A DNA stretch of 64,000 bases from Spirochaetia bacterium (lineage in GTDB: Bacteria; Spirochaetota; Spirochaetia; SP-2023), in the NCBI GenBank assembly GCA_965225855.1, contig CBDDCK010000005.1, forward strand, positions 1,216,001-1,280,000, given 5' to 3'. The notes under the pieces were generated by a model. It ran no database searches and had not been told where the DNA came from. It was given only the letters and a program-made list of their open reading frames with translations. Shown in pieces: positions 1 to 10,175 of this stretch (the stretch's first letter is position 1; each line of letters starts with the position of its first letter). The translations under genes were made by a program, and so were the position numbers.

Positions 1-105
1 GAAAGAGGCTCACCAGTGCTTTTTGTGCATTTGACTAGACAATAAAGCGCTAAACATAAAATATTTTACCATTTTGCCCTTTTGGGGGATAAAAGGAGTC
101 TATCT

Positions 106-1671
106 ATGATTTACAGTTATGCCGCCGCAGGTTTTAGTGGGCAACTAATCCATGTAGAATGCTCGATTCGGCGCGGTATGCCCAATACCGATATAGTGGG
201 CCTGCCTGACGGTGCGGTAAAAGAAGCACGGGAGCGTGTGCGGGCTGTTTTGCATCACTGTAATTTCTTCTATCCCAATGACCGAATTTTGATTAACTTA
301 GCACCGGCTGGCCTCAAAAAAAGTGGAGCGGGTTTTGATTTGCCCATAGCTTTAAGCATTCTATTACAATCCCAACAACTGCCTGCTGTTTTAGAAGAAT
401 TACCTTCACTATTAGTACTAGGAGAATTAGAATTATCGGGCAAGGTGCGCAGCATTGATGGTGTTTTGGCAGCAGTAGCCAGTGCCTATGAAATGGGTAT
501 TGAATATTTTTTAGTGCCTGCCACAAACTTAAAAGAAGCTCAATCTCTGAATAAGGGGAAAGTTTTCCCCTTAGAGCACATTGACGATCTGGTTGAAAGA
601 ATCAAAACCATAGTAGAGACCCAAGTACCTATTGCCCAAGGATTCCAGCCATTACTGGGCAATGAAGCCGAATCAGAGTTTGACGATGATTCTTTAGATT
701 TTGCCGATGTAAAAGGGCAACCATTACTCAAGCGAGCCATGGAAATAGCCATTGCTGGGAGGCACAATATATTGATTTTTGGGCCTCCGGGTTGTGGCAA
801 AACCATGGTCGTCCGCAGTGTCCCCAGTTTATTGCCACCTTTGAGCAGCGCTGAAGCTGTAGAAACAACAAGGATTTGGTCTCAAGCAGGTTTGCTCAAT
901 GACCAGCATGCCTGCTTGGAAGCTCCCCCAATGCGTTCACCCCACCACAGTGCAACCTTGGAAGGTTTAGTTGGTGGTGGGTCACAGTTGAAACCGGGCG
1001 AAGTTTCTCTATCCCACAATGGTGTTTTATTTTTAGATGAAGCCCCTGAATTTAAAGCTAGCCATCTCCAAGGCCTGCGCGAACCTTTGGAAAATCAACG
1101 CATTGTTATTGTGCGTGCTGGAAAATCTTTTTGGTATCCAGCAGATTTTCAGTTATTTATGGCTATCAACCCCTGCCCCTGTGGTAATTTGGGCCGCGAA
1201 GAAAGCGTTTGCACTTGTAGCCAGACTGTCATTGCCAAATACTGGAAACGCGTTGGCGGAGCTTTACTGGACCGTATTGACATGCGTATTCCTGTGCAGG
1301 CAACTTCTTCCACCACATTATTGGAAAGTAAGGAAGAAAGTTCCAAGCAAGTACGTTTGCGCATTGTCAATGCACGGCAACGGCAACAACAACGTTTCCA
1401 AAAGAATGGAGTCAGACACAAACCTTATAATTCGCGCATACCCGCCGGGCAAATTGCCAAGCTCTGCCATATAGACCAAGACTCACGCGAACTATTCCAC
1501 ATAGCGGTAAAAAAGTTGGGTTTATCGTCTCGTGCTTGCCATTCGGTATTGCGCATTGCCCGCAGCATTGCAGACTTAGAGCAAAAAGAAATAATCGACC
1601 AGAACGCTTTGTTAGAGGCAATTGAGTATCGCAGATACGGCGATAGAAATATTTTTTGGAGCAGCTTTTAA
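106..1671 (+). CDS. comM: YifB/ComM family Mg-chelatase-like AAA+ ATPase
   Basis: N-terminal IVGLPDGAVKEARERVR and INLAPAGLKKSGAGFDLPIA; Walker A GPPGCGKT; RSPHHSA; LFLDEAPEF; NPCPCG. ATG at 106 follows AAGGAG. Confidence 0.92.
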   Translation: MIYSYAAAGFSGQLIHVECSIRRGMPNTDIVGLPDGAVKEARERVRAVLHHCNFFYPNDRILINLAPAGLKKSGAGFDLPIALSILLQSQQLPAVLEELPSLLVLGELELSGKVRSIDGVLAAVASAYEMGIEYFLVPATNLKEAQSLNKGKVFPLEHIDDLVERIKTIVETQVPIAQGFQPLLGNEAESEFDDDSLDFADVKGQPLLKRAMEIAIAGRHNILIFGPPGCGKTMVVRSVPSLLPPLSSAEAVETTRIWSQAGLLNDQHACLEAPPMRSPHHSATLEGLVGGGSQLKPGEVSLSHNGVLFLDEAPEFKASHLQGLREPLENQRIVIVRAGKSFWYPADFQLFMAINPCPCGNLGREESVCTCSQTVIAKYWKRVGGALLDRIDMRIPVQATSSTTLLESKEESSKQVRLRIVNARQRQQQRFQKNGVRHKPYNSRIPAGQIAKLCHIDQDSRELFHIAVKKLGLSSRACHSVLRIARSIADLEQKEIIDQNALLEAIEYRRYGDRNIFWSSF

Positions 1672-1780
1672 ATAAAAACAAATTTCAAAAATCCACAAAC
1701 AAAAGAGAGAAAAAAGTGGCTTCCAATACAGCTCTTACCTGTAGGAAGCCATGAAGAACAAATAATCTAAGTTAGATATT

Positions 1781-3235
1781 TTAAGCGGGGCTTTCCTCGC
1801 CGTTGCCAATCCAGTCCGTGTGGAAAAATTTACCACGAGGCTGGTCAACACGTTCATAAGTATGGGAACCAAAGAAGTCGCGCTGTGCTTGCAATAAGTT
1901 GGCAGGCAACCATTCTGAAGAATAACCGTCAAAAAAGCTCAAAGCTGAAGAAAAGGTCGGTACGGGAATACCTGCATTGACACCCAGCGAAACTATGCGG
2001 CGCCAACCAGCTTGCGCTTCTTTTACTTTATTGCTGAAGTATGGGGCAATCAGTAAATTGCTTAACTGTTGATTGTTGTCAAAAGCTTCTTTAATTTTGC
2101 CGAGGAATACACTGCGAATAATACAACCACCGCGCCACATTAACGCAATACCACCGTAATTCAATTCCCAATTATATTCTTTTGCCGCTTGGCGTATCAA
2201 CATATAACCTTGAGCATAAGAAATAATTTTCGATGCCAGTAAAGCTAAGCGCAAATCTTCGAGTATTTCAGCACGGTCACGCCCGTCATTAATTTTTGCA
2301 ATACTGCGCTGGAAATGCTTTGCAGCCTCAACTCGTTCTTCTTTCATGGAAGAAAGGTAGCGGGCAAATACCGACTCTCCAATTAAAGTAAGAGGAATCC
2401 CCAATTCCAAGGCATTGATCCCCGTCCATTTACCGGTACCCTTTTGCCCTGCTGTATCGAGAACCTGTTCCACTGTAGGTTTACCATTTGACTCGCGCTT
2501 TAAAATATCTGCGGTAATTTCAATTAGATAGCTATCTAATTCGCCTTTGTTCCATTCGGTAAAAGTTTGCTGCATTTCACTGTAGTTCATACCCAAGCCA
2601 TCGCGCATAAATTGATAAGCCTCGCAAATCAATTGCATATCGCCATATTCAATACCGTTGTGAACCATTTTGACAAAATGGCCAGCCCCTTCAGGCCCAA
2701 CCCAATCACAGCAAACTTGGCCGTCCTTGGTTTTTGCAGAAATAGCTTGGAAAATATTTTTGACTAAAGGCCATGCTTTGGGATCACCACCCGGCATTAA
2801 AGATGGCCCTTTGCGCGCACCGTCTTCACCCCCGGAAACCCCTACTCCCAGATATAAAATTCCTTTCGGTTTTAGGCGTTGTACACGACGTGTTGTATCA
2901 GAAAATAGAGAATTACCACCATCAATAATACAATCTCCGGGTTCCAAATGCTGTAATAATAATTCAATAAAATCATCGACAGCAGTACCTGCTTGAATCA
3001 TAAGCATAATTTTACGTGGGCGTTCTAACTTGGCAACAAAATCCTCCCAACTGCTTGCGCCAACCAATTTATTGTAAGAAGATTCGCTATCTTTAATCTC
3101 ATCGAGAAAAGCACCGACTTTACTAACAGTACGGTTGAAAACGGCAACCCGAAAGCCATGGTCTGCTATATTCAAAATCAAGTTGCGGCCCATGACGGCA
3201 ACACCAACAACACCAATTTGAGCTAAATCACTCAT
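1781..3235 (-). CDS. gnd: 6-phosphogluconate dehydrogenase, decarboxylating (NADP-dependent)
   Basis: GVAVMGRNL, IIDGGNS, GVSGGEDGA, FVKMVHNGIEYGDMQ, QAQRDFFGSHTYER. Confidence 0.97.
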   Translation of the reverse strand: MSDLAQIGVVGVAVMGRNLILNIADHGFRVAVFNRTVSKVGAFLDEIKDSESSYNKLVGASSWEDFVAKLERPRKIMLMIQAGTAVDDFIELLLQHLEPGDCIIDGGNSLFSDTTRRVQRLKPKGILYLGVGVSGGEDGARKGPSLMPGGDPKAWPLVKNIFQAISAKTKDGQVCCDWVGPEGAGHFVKMVHNGIEYGDMQLICEAYQFMRDGLGMNYSEMQQTFTEWNKGELDSYLIEITADILKRESNGKPTVEQVLDTAGQKGTGKWTGINALELGIPLTLIGESVFARYLSSMKEERVEAAKHFQRSIAKINDGRDRAEILEDLRLALLASKIISYAQGYMLIRQAAKEYNWELNYGGIALMWRGGCIIRSVFLGKIKEAFDNNQQLSNLLIAPYFSNKVKEAQAGWRRIVSLGVNAGIPVPTFSSALSFFDGYSSEWLPANLLQAQRDFFGSHTYERVDQPRGKFFHTDWIGNGEESPA

Positions 3236-3448
3236 AAAGACTCCTAAAAAATAAAATTACCGCTAAAAAAATTCTTGCTGTTTGCATCAGCTACTGGATA
3301 ATTGACTGCTAATTGCAACAAATCTCAAAAATTTTCCAAGCATATTTGGTCAAATATGTAAGAATATAACATAAGCTAAAAATAAAGTAAACCAAAACAA
3401 TCATAAAAGTAAGTTAGCAATAACATAAACTAATACTTACAGAAACAA

Positions 3449-4696
3449 TCAAATTGTACGAATCGCATCTACAATATTTTTACGTACCGCCTTAATGGAG
3501 GGCAATAATGTTGCTATAGAGCTTACCAAAATGGTTAAGCCACCAAACAGAACGATTGAACTACCCGATGTGAGAATCATCAAACGAACTGGAAGATTTA
3601 AACCTGGGGCCGGAGGTAAATATATTTTAATAACAGACAAGCTAAATTGTAATAAAAAATTAACAAGCAAACCCAATATAAAACTCACAATACCTAAAAT
3701 CAAACCTTCTAAAAAAACAACCCGTACAATCTCACCGCGGGATATACCCAAAGCTCGCAATGTACCAATTTCTGCTTGGCGTTCCATAATGGACATGTAA
3801 AGCGAATTGCTAATACTAAATAAAAACATAAGCATGAAAATCAAAGAAAACACGTAAAGCTGATTATTGTACAAAATGATTACTCTGCTGTAATACTCAG
3901 CCAGTTCCAACCAACTAGCATACTCCCATTCTGGCAGATCAACTTCTTTTAAGGCTTTGAGTGCATCTCGATACAAATCATTCCAAGGGCGATTGCTGTC
4001 AAAATGCACTAAAAGACGTTGAGCCCCCGCCCCATCATTGAGGGCTTGAGCTAAGCGCAAATCAGCTAGCACATAGCGGTTGTTTAACTCCGTAATCCCA
4101 AAATCGGCAATGCCGACCACTTCACCTAATTCAGCCAGTGGATAACCATCATTTTGTGGAACTTGTAAAATAAGCTCGCTACCCAATTCGACCCCAAGAG
4201 TTTCAGCAAGGCCCAAACCCAGCACAATGGCGTTTGGTTTGAGGGCCATCAGTAGATGGCCCTCTACCATCTCTATATTCTTCATCTGCGTTTCACCATA
4301 AACATCACCGCCATGGCCCATAAAAATGGAAGTTTGGCTACCATTACTAATTTGTCCAGATAAATATAAGCGTGAACTAATGAACGAAATCTCATCACCT
4401 AAAGCATTAAATAACGCATCTTCAATTGCAAAAACATCTTCCTGGTTAAACAGTAGGCGATTACTACTTTCATCATTCAAAGCACGAAACCCTTTGGGAT
4501 AGATTTGGAAATCTCCGTAAGTACTCTGACGCAGAGAACTACCAAAACCAATTTTTATATTGTTGATATAGCCACTGAGGAACAATAAACTAACAACGCC
4601 TATGGTCATTACTATTAAAGTTAGTAAACTGCGCCGCTTATTTGCCAGTAAATTACGCCAAGCCATTTTTGTTTCAATTGAATCAAATCCAAGCAT
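3449..4696 (-). CDS. FtsX/LolE-like ABC transporter permease
   Basis: AWRNLLANKRRSLLT at the N-terminus, large periplasmic loop, SIMERQAEIGTLRALG, C-terminal TM helices. Confidence 0.88.
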   Translation of the reverse strand: MLGFDSIETKMAWRNLLANKRRSLLTLIVMTIGVVSLLFLSGYINNIKIGFGSSLRQSTYGDFQIYPKGFRALNDESSNRLLFNQEDVFAIEDALFNALGDEISFISSRLYLSGQISNGSQTSIFMGHGGDVYGETQMKNIEMVEGHLLMALKPNAIVLGLGLAETLGVELGSELILQVPQNDGYPLAELGEVVGIADFGITELNNRYVLADLRLAQALNDGAGAQRLLVHFDSNRPWNDLYRDALKALKEVDLPEWEYASWLELAEYYSRVIILYNNQLYVFSLIFMLMFLFSISNSLYMSIMERQAEIGTLRALGISRGEIVRVVFLEGLILGIVSFILGLLVNFLLQFSLSVIKIYLPPAPGLNLPVRLMILTSGSSIVLFGGLTILVSSIATLLPSIKAVRKNIVDAIRTI

Positions 4697-4726
4697 TTTT
4701 ATTCTCCTTTTTTTATTATTTGATCT

Positions 4727-5452
4727 CTAGATTACTTCTTCTTTGGCAATAACACCATCTCGCAAAGTTACTTTTCGCTGAATACGGTCCATCACATTGC
4801 GATCGTGTGAAGCCAAAATAATTGAAGTACCAAATTGATCGTGAATGCGCTGTAGTAATTGTAAAATTTTAGCACTCGTTTCCGAATCCAAACTGGCGGT
4901 TGGCTCATCGGCAATTACTAATTTAGGCTGGGCAATTAGGGCCCGGGCAATGGCAACACGTTGTAGCTGGCCACCAGAAAGTTCGCGCGGAAAGCGTTTT
5001 TCATAACCTTCCAAACCGACCTCACGCAATAACTCAAAGGCTCGTTCGCGCCGTTTAGCAACACTAATGGCTTTATTTTTATAAAGAGGATATTCAATAT
5101 TATCCTGTAAATTTAGGCAAGAAATCAGACTGAAGGATTGAAAAATAAAACCCACATTATGGCGCCGAAATCGGCAACGCTCGGCTTCCGATAATAAATT
5201 AGTATCCTGCCCATTGACTAACACTTGGCCTTCAGTTGCTGTATCCAGGCAACCAATTAAATTCAAAGCTGTAGATTTACCACTGCCTGAAGGCCCAACA
5301 ATCAAGTTAAAGCCAGAGTAAAACGAAACATTAAGGCTACGAAGGGCCAAGACCTTACTATTGCCTAAATCATAATTTTTTACCACATCGATACATTCGA
5401 CAATCGCCGAACCTTGAGCCGAATTTTGCCCTTTTGTTCTATCTTGCTGCAT
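4727..5452 (-). CDS. LolD/MacB-like ABC transporter ATP-binding protein
   Basis: [36 protein letters not shown] at 5452 follows AGGAGG. Confidence 0.92.
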   Translation of the reverse strand: MQQDRTKGQNSAQGSAIVECIDVVKNYDLGNSKVLALRSLNVSFYSGFNLIVGPSGSGKSTALNLIGCLDTATEGQVLVNGQDTNLLSEAERCRFRRHNVGFIFQSFSLISCLNLQDNIEYPLYKNKAISVAKRRERAFELLREVGLEGYEKRFPRELSGGQLQRVAIARALIAQPKLVIADEPTASLDSETSAKILQLLQRIHDQFGTSIILASHDRNVMDRIQRKVTLRDGVIAKEEVI

Positions 5453-5600
5453 ATAGCCTCCTTTTCTTATAAACTTTGCCCTGAATAATCGAAAAAAATC
5501 ATTTTCTGACAATAGTTAAAGAGGTTGAAACGGCTCTCAATAAACCTATTTCCCTATGAAAAATATGAATTAAGAAAATCATATTTTTCATAAAATTGAC

Positions 5601-5629
5601 TTGACAGTTTATAAAGTCCCAATTATAGT
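5601..5629 (+). promoter_or_regulatory. sigma70-type promoter of mglBAC
   Basis: TTGACA-17 bp-TATAGT, preceded by a perfect 14-bp inverted repeat (5555-5568 / 5579-5592). Confidence 0.7.
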
Positions 5630-5660
5630 TTGCTAGCGCATAATAAGAAAGGAGGGACTT

Positions 5661-6680
5661 ATGAAAAAATCTAAATCCATGAGAAAAATTTATTTCAGCT
5701 TATTTTTTGCTGCCATCTTATTGCTGAACGCCATATCAATAAATGCTAGAGGCAATAGTAATAATGACGGCGTTTCTATTGGGGCAACTATATACAATTT
5801 TGGTGACAATTTTATGAATGGTGTTGTGGCTCCTGCACTAAAACAATATTCGGCAGAAAATAATGCAAATCTCGATATTGTTGATTCAGAAAATCAACAA
5901 GCAAAACAAAATGACCAAATTGATATTTTCATCAACAAAGGTGTGAAAGTTTTGGCTGTCAATTTGGTAGACCCTGCTTCAGCTAGCACGATTATCAAAA
6001 AAGCCAAGTCCGCCGGTATCCCTTTGATTTTTTATAATAAAGAACCTACTGAACCCGGCATAATGAATACTTACGACAAAGTTTGGTATGTCGGTACTAA
6101 CTCTGCAGAATCGGGTATACTCCAAGGTGAAATGATTGTCAAAGATTGGAAGGCCAATTCTGGGTGGGATATCAATGGCGATGGTGTGATGCAATATGTT
6201 ATGCTCAAAGGCGAGCCCGGCCACCCGGACGCCGAAGCTCGTACCACAGAATCGGTTGCTTCCATTAAAGCAGCCGGCATAAATGTAGAAGAGCTAGCTT
6301 TACAAGCCGATCCTACATGGTCTACTCAGTTTGGTAATGATACCATGGCAGCTTGGCTGACTTCTAGTTTTGGCAATAATATTGAATTAGTGATTGCCAA
6401 CAATGACGGTATGGCTTTTGGGGCCATTACAGCAATGGAATCAGCTGGTGTTAGCCTCCCTATTTATGGTGTAGACGCATTAGAGCAAGCTCGTCAATTG
6501 ATCAAAGAAGGCAAGATGAGTGGTACAGTTCTCAACGATGGTAAGAATCAAGCACTCGCTGTAATTCAATTAGCGGTAAATGTAGCTATGGGTAAACAAC
6601 CAACAGAAGGCACTCGCTGGAAATTGGAAAGTGATGGTACCAAATCCGTACGTGTTCCCTATGTTGCAGTAACAAAATAA
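5661..6680 (+). CDS. mglB: Galactose/methyl-galactoside ABC transporter substrate-binding protein
   Basis: IYNFGDNFM, DSENQQAKQNDQID, KGEPGHPDAEART, IANNDGMAFGA. Confidence 0.92.
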   Translation: MKKSKSMRKIYFSLFFAAILLLNAISINARGNSNNDGVSIGATIYNFGDNFMNGVVAPALKQYSAENNANLDIVDSENQQAKQNDQIDIFINKGVKVLAVNLVDPASASTIIKKAKSAGIPLIFYNKEPTEPGIMNTYDKVWYVGTNSAESGILQGEMIVKDWKANSGWDINGDGVMQYVMLKGEPGHPDAEARTTESVASIKAAGINVEELALQADPTWSTQFGNDTMAAWLTSSFGNNIELVIANNDGMAFGAITAMESAGVSLPIYGVDALEQARQLIKEGKMSGTVLNDGKNQALAVIQLAVNVAMGKQPTEGTRWKLESDGTKSVRVPYVAVTK

Positions 6681-6683
6681 ATT

Positions 6684-6720
6684 ATAAAAAAAGTCTATTT
6701 TACGGATAGGCTCTTTTTAT
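6684..6720 (+). terminator. Stem-loop between mglB and mglA (terminator or mRNA stabiliser)
   Basis: Imperfect inverted repeat ATAAAAAAAGTCTAT...ATAGGCTCTTTTTAT immediately after the stop codon. Confidence 0.5.
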
Positions 6721-6753
6721 AGTCCTAATTAAATATCAATCAATTAGGCGATT

Positions 6754-8271
6754 ATGGCTGCAGAATATTTATTAACGATTAAAAACGTCAGTAAATCCTT
6801 TGCTGGTGTGAGTGTCCTTAAAAATGTTTCTCTTGATGTAAGGCCTAAGACAGTTCACTCTCTAATGGGTGAAAATGGTGCTGGGAAATCCACTTTGATG
6901 AAATGCTTGTTTGGTATATACAAACAAGATGAGGGGAAATTTTTTCTAGGCGGCGAGGAGTTTAATTTCACCGATGCCTATCATGCCCTACAGCATGGGG
7001 TATCCATGGTTCATCAAGAATTAAACCAGGTTTTACAACGTAATGTCGTGGATAACATTTGGTTGGGGCGCTATCCCGGCAAATTAGGTATTGTCGATCG
7101 CAAAAAAATGCAACTGGACACGCAAGAATTATTTGATCGTCTAGGCATTGAAGTCGATCTAAACCAAAAACTATTTGACCTTTCAGTATCACAACGCCAG
7201 ATGATCGAAATAGCTAAGGCCGTTTCCTATCAAGCCAAAATCATCGTATTAGATGAGCCAACCTCTTCTTTAACTGAAAAAGAAGTGGATAAACTATTTG
7301 AGATTATTGGCACCTTGAAAAATAAAGGTTGTGGCATTATTTACATTTCCCACAAAATGGACGAGATTTTCCGCATTTCAGACGATGTAACCATTATGCG
7401 TGATGGCGAATATGAAGGAACATACTCCATTTCCGAATTGGGAAATATAAATGAAGGGGGCATGGATAAAATTATTAAATTGATGGTGGGTAGAGACTTA
7501 ATACACCGATTCCCTCCTAAAACCAATAATCCAGGCCCAGTTGTTGCCGAGTTTAAAGATATGCTTAGCGAATATAGGCCGAGGGTTAATCATATTAGTT
7601 TTTCTCTTTGCAAGGGAGAAATTCTTGGACTGTATGGCTTAGTTGGCGCAAGACGGACAGAATTATTAGAAATGATTTTTGGTTTACGCACTAAACGGAG
7701 TGGGACAATTTTATACGAGGGTAAAGAAATTGATAACTCTACGCCACAAAAGTCGATAAAAAATGGTTTTATACTGGTAACAGAAGAACGGCGTGCCAAT
7801 GGGATTTTTGCCATGGCCGATTTAAATGCCAATACCACGATTGCCAATCTTCCCGCATATTCTAAAAATTTGGGTATTTTGAATTTGATTAAAATGGAGC
7901 AAGATACCGATGAACAAATCAAAAAGCTAAAAGTCAAAGCAAATAGCCAAAAGAATTTGATTTATGAGCTTAGCGGTGGTAATCAACAGAAAATTATTTT
8001 GGGCCGCTGGCTACTGCTAGAGCCTGATATTTTGCTGCTCGATGAACCGACTCGTGGTATAGATGTCGGGGCTAAATACGAAATTTACCAACTCATCATT
8101 AAAATGGCCGAAGCTGGTAAATCAATTATTATGGTATCATCGGAAATGCCAGAATTGCTGGGCATTTCCGATCGCATGATGGTTATGAGCAACGGATATT
8201 TATCCGATATTGTTGAAACAAAAGATACTAGTCAACATGAAATTTTAACCCTGGCGACAAAGCACCTATAA
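6754..8271 (+). CDS. mglA: Galactoside ABC transporter ATP-binding protein (tandem ABC domains)
   Basis: GENGAGKSTLMKCLFG, LDEPTSSL, LSGGNQQK, DEPTRGIDVGAKYEIY. Confidence 0.93.
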   Translation: MAAEYLLTIKNVSKSFAGVSVLKNVSLDVRPKTVHSLMGENGAGKSTLMKCLFGIYKQDEGKFFLGGEEFNFTDAYHALQHGVSMVHQELNQVLQRNVVDNIWLGRYPGKLGIVDRKKMQLDTQELFDRLGIEVDLNQKLFDLSVSQRQMIEIAKAVSYQAKIIVLDEPTSSLTEKEVDKLFEIIGTLKNKGCGIIYISHKMDEIFRISDDVTIMRDGEYEGTYSISELGNINEGGMDKIIKLMVGRDLIHRFPPKTNNPGPVVAEFKDMLSEYRPRVNHISFSLCKGEILGLYGLVGARRTELLEMIFGLRTKRSGTILYEGKEIDNSTPQKSIKNGFILVTEERRANGIFAMADLNANTTIANLPAYSKNLGILNLIKMEQDTDEQIKKLKVKANSQKNLIYELSGGNQQKIILGRWLLLEPDILLLDEPTRGIDVGAKYEIYQLIIKMAEAGKSIIMVSSEMPELLGISDRMMVMSNGYLSDIVETKDTSQHEILTLATKHL

Positions 8272-8299
8272 AAATTCACAAATATCAAAAAGGTTTGGA

Positions 8300-9310
8300 A
8301 TGGAAAATTCTGTAAGAAAACAAATTTCTTGGAAATCTATGCTAATAAATAAAGCAATCTATATTGTTATGATATTGCTTATATTATTGATTGTCGCTTT
8401 TGAACCGCGGTTTGTTTCGATCAACGTATTTCGCAACATTTTGGTGCAATCATCGGTTCGCTTGATTTTAGCCTTTGGAGTAGCCGGTATTATTGTCTTG
8501 CAAGGAACAGATTTATCACTGGGACGGACCGTTGGTTTGGCCGCGGTAGTTTCTGCTTCCATGCTCCAACAACCCGATTATCTAGGACGTTTTTTCCCCG
8601 ATTTGCCGCTGATGCCGCTGATTGTACCTATGTTGATTGCCATGTTTGTTTGTGCGGTGTTTAGTGCGGTTAATGGTTTAGTTCACGCAATTTACAAGGT
8701 CCACCCATTTATTGTAACGATGGGTTCGCAAGTGGTTATCTACGGTGTTTTATCCATTTACTTTGCCGCTCAACCGCAAGGTGCCCAACCAATTGGCAGT
8801 TTAGACCCTCGCTATTCAGAATTTGTCAACGGAACAACCTTTTATATACCTCATCTGATTTTCTATGCTGTAATCGTTACGGTGTTGATGTGGTTCTTAT
8901 GGAATAAAACCAAGTTTGGCCGCAAGATGTATGCGGTTGGAGGCAACCCCGAAGCGGCCCATGTATCGGGAGTGAATGTGGTTCATACCATCTTTTGGGT
9001 TTATGTCTTGGGTGGTTTGCTCTACGGTTTTGGTGGTTTTCTCGAAGCTGCGCGCATCGGTAGTGCTACCAACTCCACGGGTTTTGGCTACGAGCTAGAT
9101 GCCATTGCAGCTTGTGTCGTAGGTGGCATTTCGTTTAGCGGTGGGGTTGGTAAAATATCTGGCGCTGTGGTGGGCGTATTGATGTTTACTATCATTACTT
9201 ATGGCATGATATTCTTGGGCTTAGATGTTTTTTATCAGTATATCATTAAAGGTATTATCATTGTTGCCGCAGTTTCCTTTGATACCCAAAAATACTTGAA
9301 GAAAGTATAA
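8300..9310 (+). CDS. mglC: Galactoside ABC transporter permease
   Basis: Multi-TM protein with GTDLSLGRTVGLAAVVSAS and YELDAIAACVVGGISFSGG. Confidence 0.92.
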   Translation: MENSVRKQISWKSMLINKAIYIVMILLILLIVAFEPRFVSINVFRNILVQSSVRLILAFGVAGIIVLQGTDLSLGRTVGLAAVVSASMLQQPDYLGRFFPDLPLMPLIVPMLIAMFVCAVFSAVNGLVHAIYKVHPFIVTMGSQVVIYGVLSIYFAAQPQGAQPIGSLDPRYSEFVNGTTFYIPHLIFYAVIVTVLMWFLWNKTKFGRKMYAVGGNPEAAHVSGVNVVHTIFWVYVLGGLLYGFGGFLEAARIGSATNSTGFGYELDAIAACVVGGISFSGGVGKISGAVVGVLMFTIITYGMIFLGLDVFYQYIIKGIIIVAAVSFDTQKYLKKV

Positions 9311-9348
9311 ATAATTCTAGGCAGAATACGAAAGCAATAAGGGTGGTC

Positions 9349-10161
9349 ATGAATTTCCAGCACCAGCGCATCTATCTTGGGGTATCGTCATCTTCTGCTT
9401 CTGTGATAGAGCAATGGCAACAAGCTATTGACTGGGACAAAGCTGGTGGTCTGTTACCTGCTATTATACAAGATTTGTGCACCCGCCAAGTTCTGATGCA
9501 AGGCTTTATGAATTTAGAAGCCTTGCAACAAAGCTTAAATAGCGCGAAAGTTACCTTTTATAGCCGTAGCAAACAACGCTTATGGTGTAAAGGGGAAACT
9601 TCAAATAATTTCCTAACGATACGCGAATTGGCCTTAGACTGCGATTGTGATTCATTGTTAATTTTGGTAGAACCATCGGGGCCCACTTGCCACCGAGGTA
9701 GTAATTCCTGCTACAGTACGCCGTTTATAAAAACCTTGAATACTCCAAAACATAATACTATTTCAGAGCTAACAAGGCTCGGTGGCAATTTTGCTAGTGG
9801 TGAGAGTTTAGGCCTCGGCTGGCTTGGGGCCTTAGAACGCATTGTTCAGCAACGCCTTAGCACAAACACAGAAGAAAGCTATGTGCAATCCTTATGGCAA
9901 TCTGGCCTACAGCGCATAGCCCAAAAGGTGGGTGAAGAAGGGGTCGAAGTTGCCCTAGCTGCAATTGTCTTACAAACCTCAACAGAACCAAATGATTCTT
10001 TATTGAAAAAAGAATTGGCGAGTGAAGCGGGCGATTTACTATTTCATTTAATTGTACTGCTCCAGGCCTGTGGCCTGAATTTACAAGATGTGATAGCCGT
10101 ACTGGAACAACGCCATCACAAATCTTTGGAAGCTGTGAATAACTCTAACAAAAAAGATTAA
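9349..10161 (+). CDS. hisIE: Bifunctional phosphoribosyl-AMP cyclohydrolase / phosphoribosyl-ATP pyrophosphatase
   Basis: YSRSKQRLWCKGETS, DCDCDSLL, GPTCHRG, RIAQKVGEEGVEV, EAGDLLFHL. Exact start uncertain. Confidence 0.93.
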   Translation: MNFQHQRIYLGVSSSSASVIEQWQQAIDWDKAGGLLPAIIQDLCTRQVLMQGFMNLEALQQSLNSAKVTFYSRSKQRLWCKGETSNNFLTIRELALDCDCDSLLILVEPSGPTCHRGSNSCYSTPFIKTLNTPKHNTISELTRLGGNFASGESLGLGWLGALERIVQQRLSTNTEESYVQSLWQSGLQRIAQKVGEEGVEVALAAIVLQTSTEPNDSLLKKELASEAGDLLFHLIVLLQACGLNLQDVIAVLEQRHHKSLEAVNNSNKKD

Positions 10162-10175
10162 GGGAATTTCTCGAT

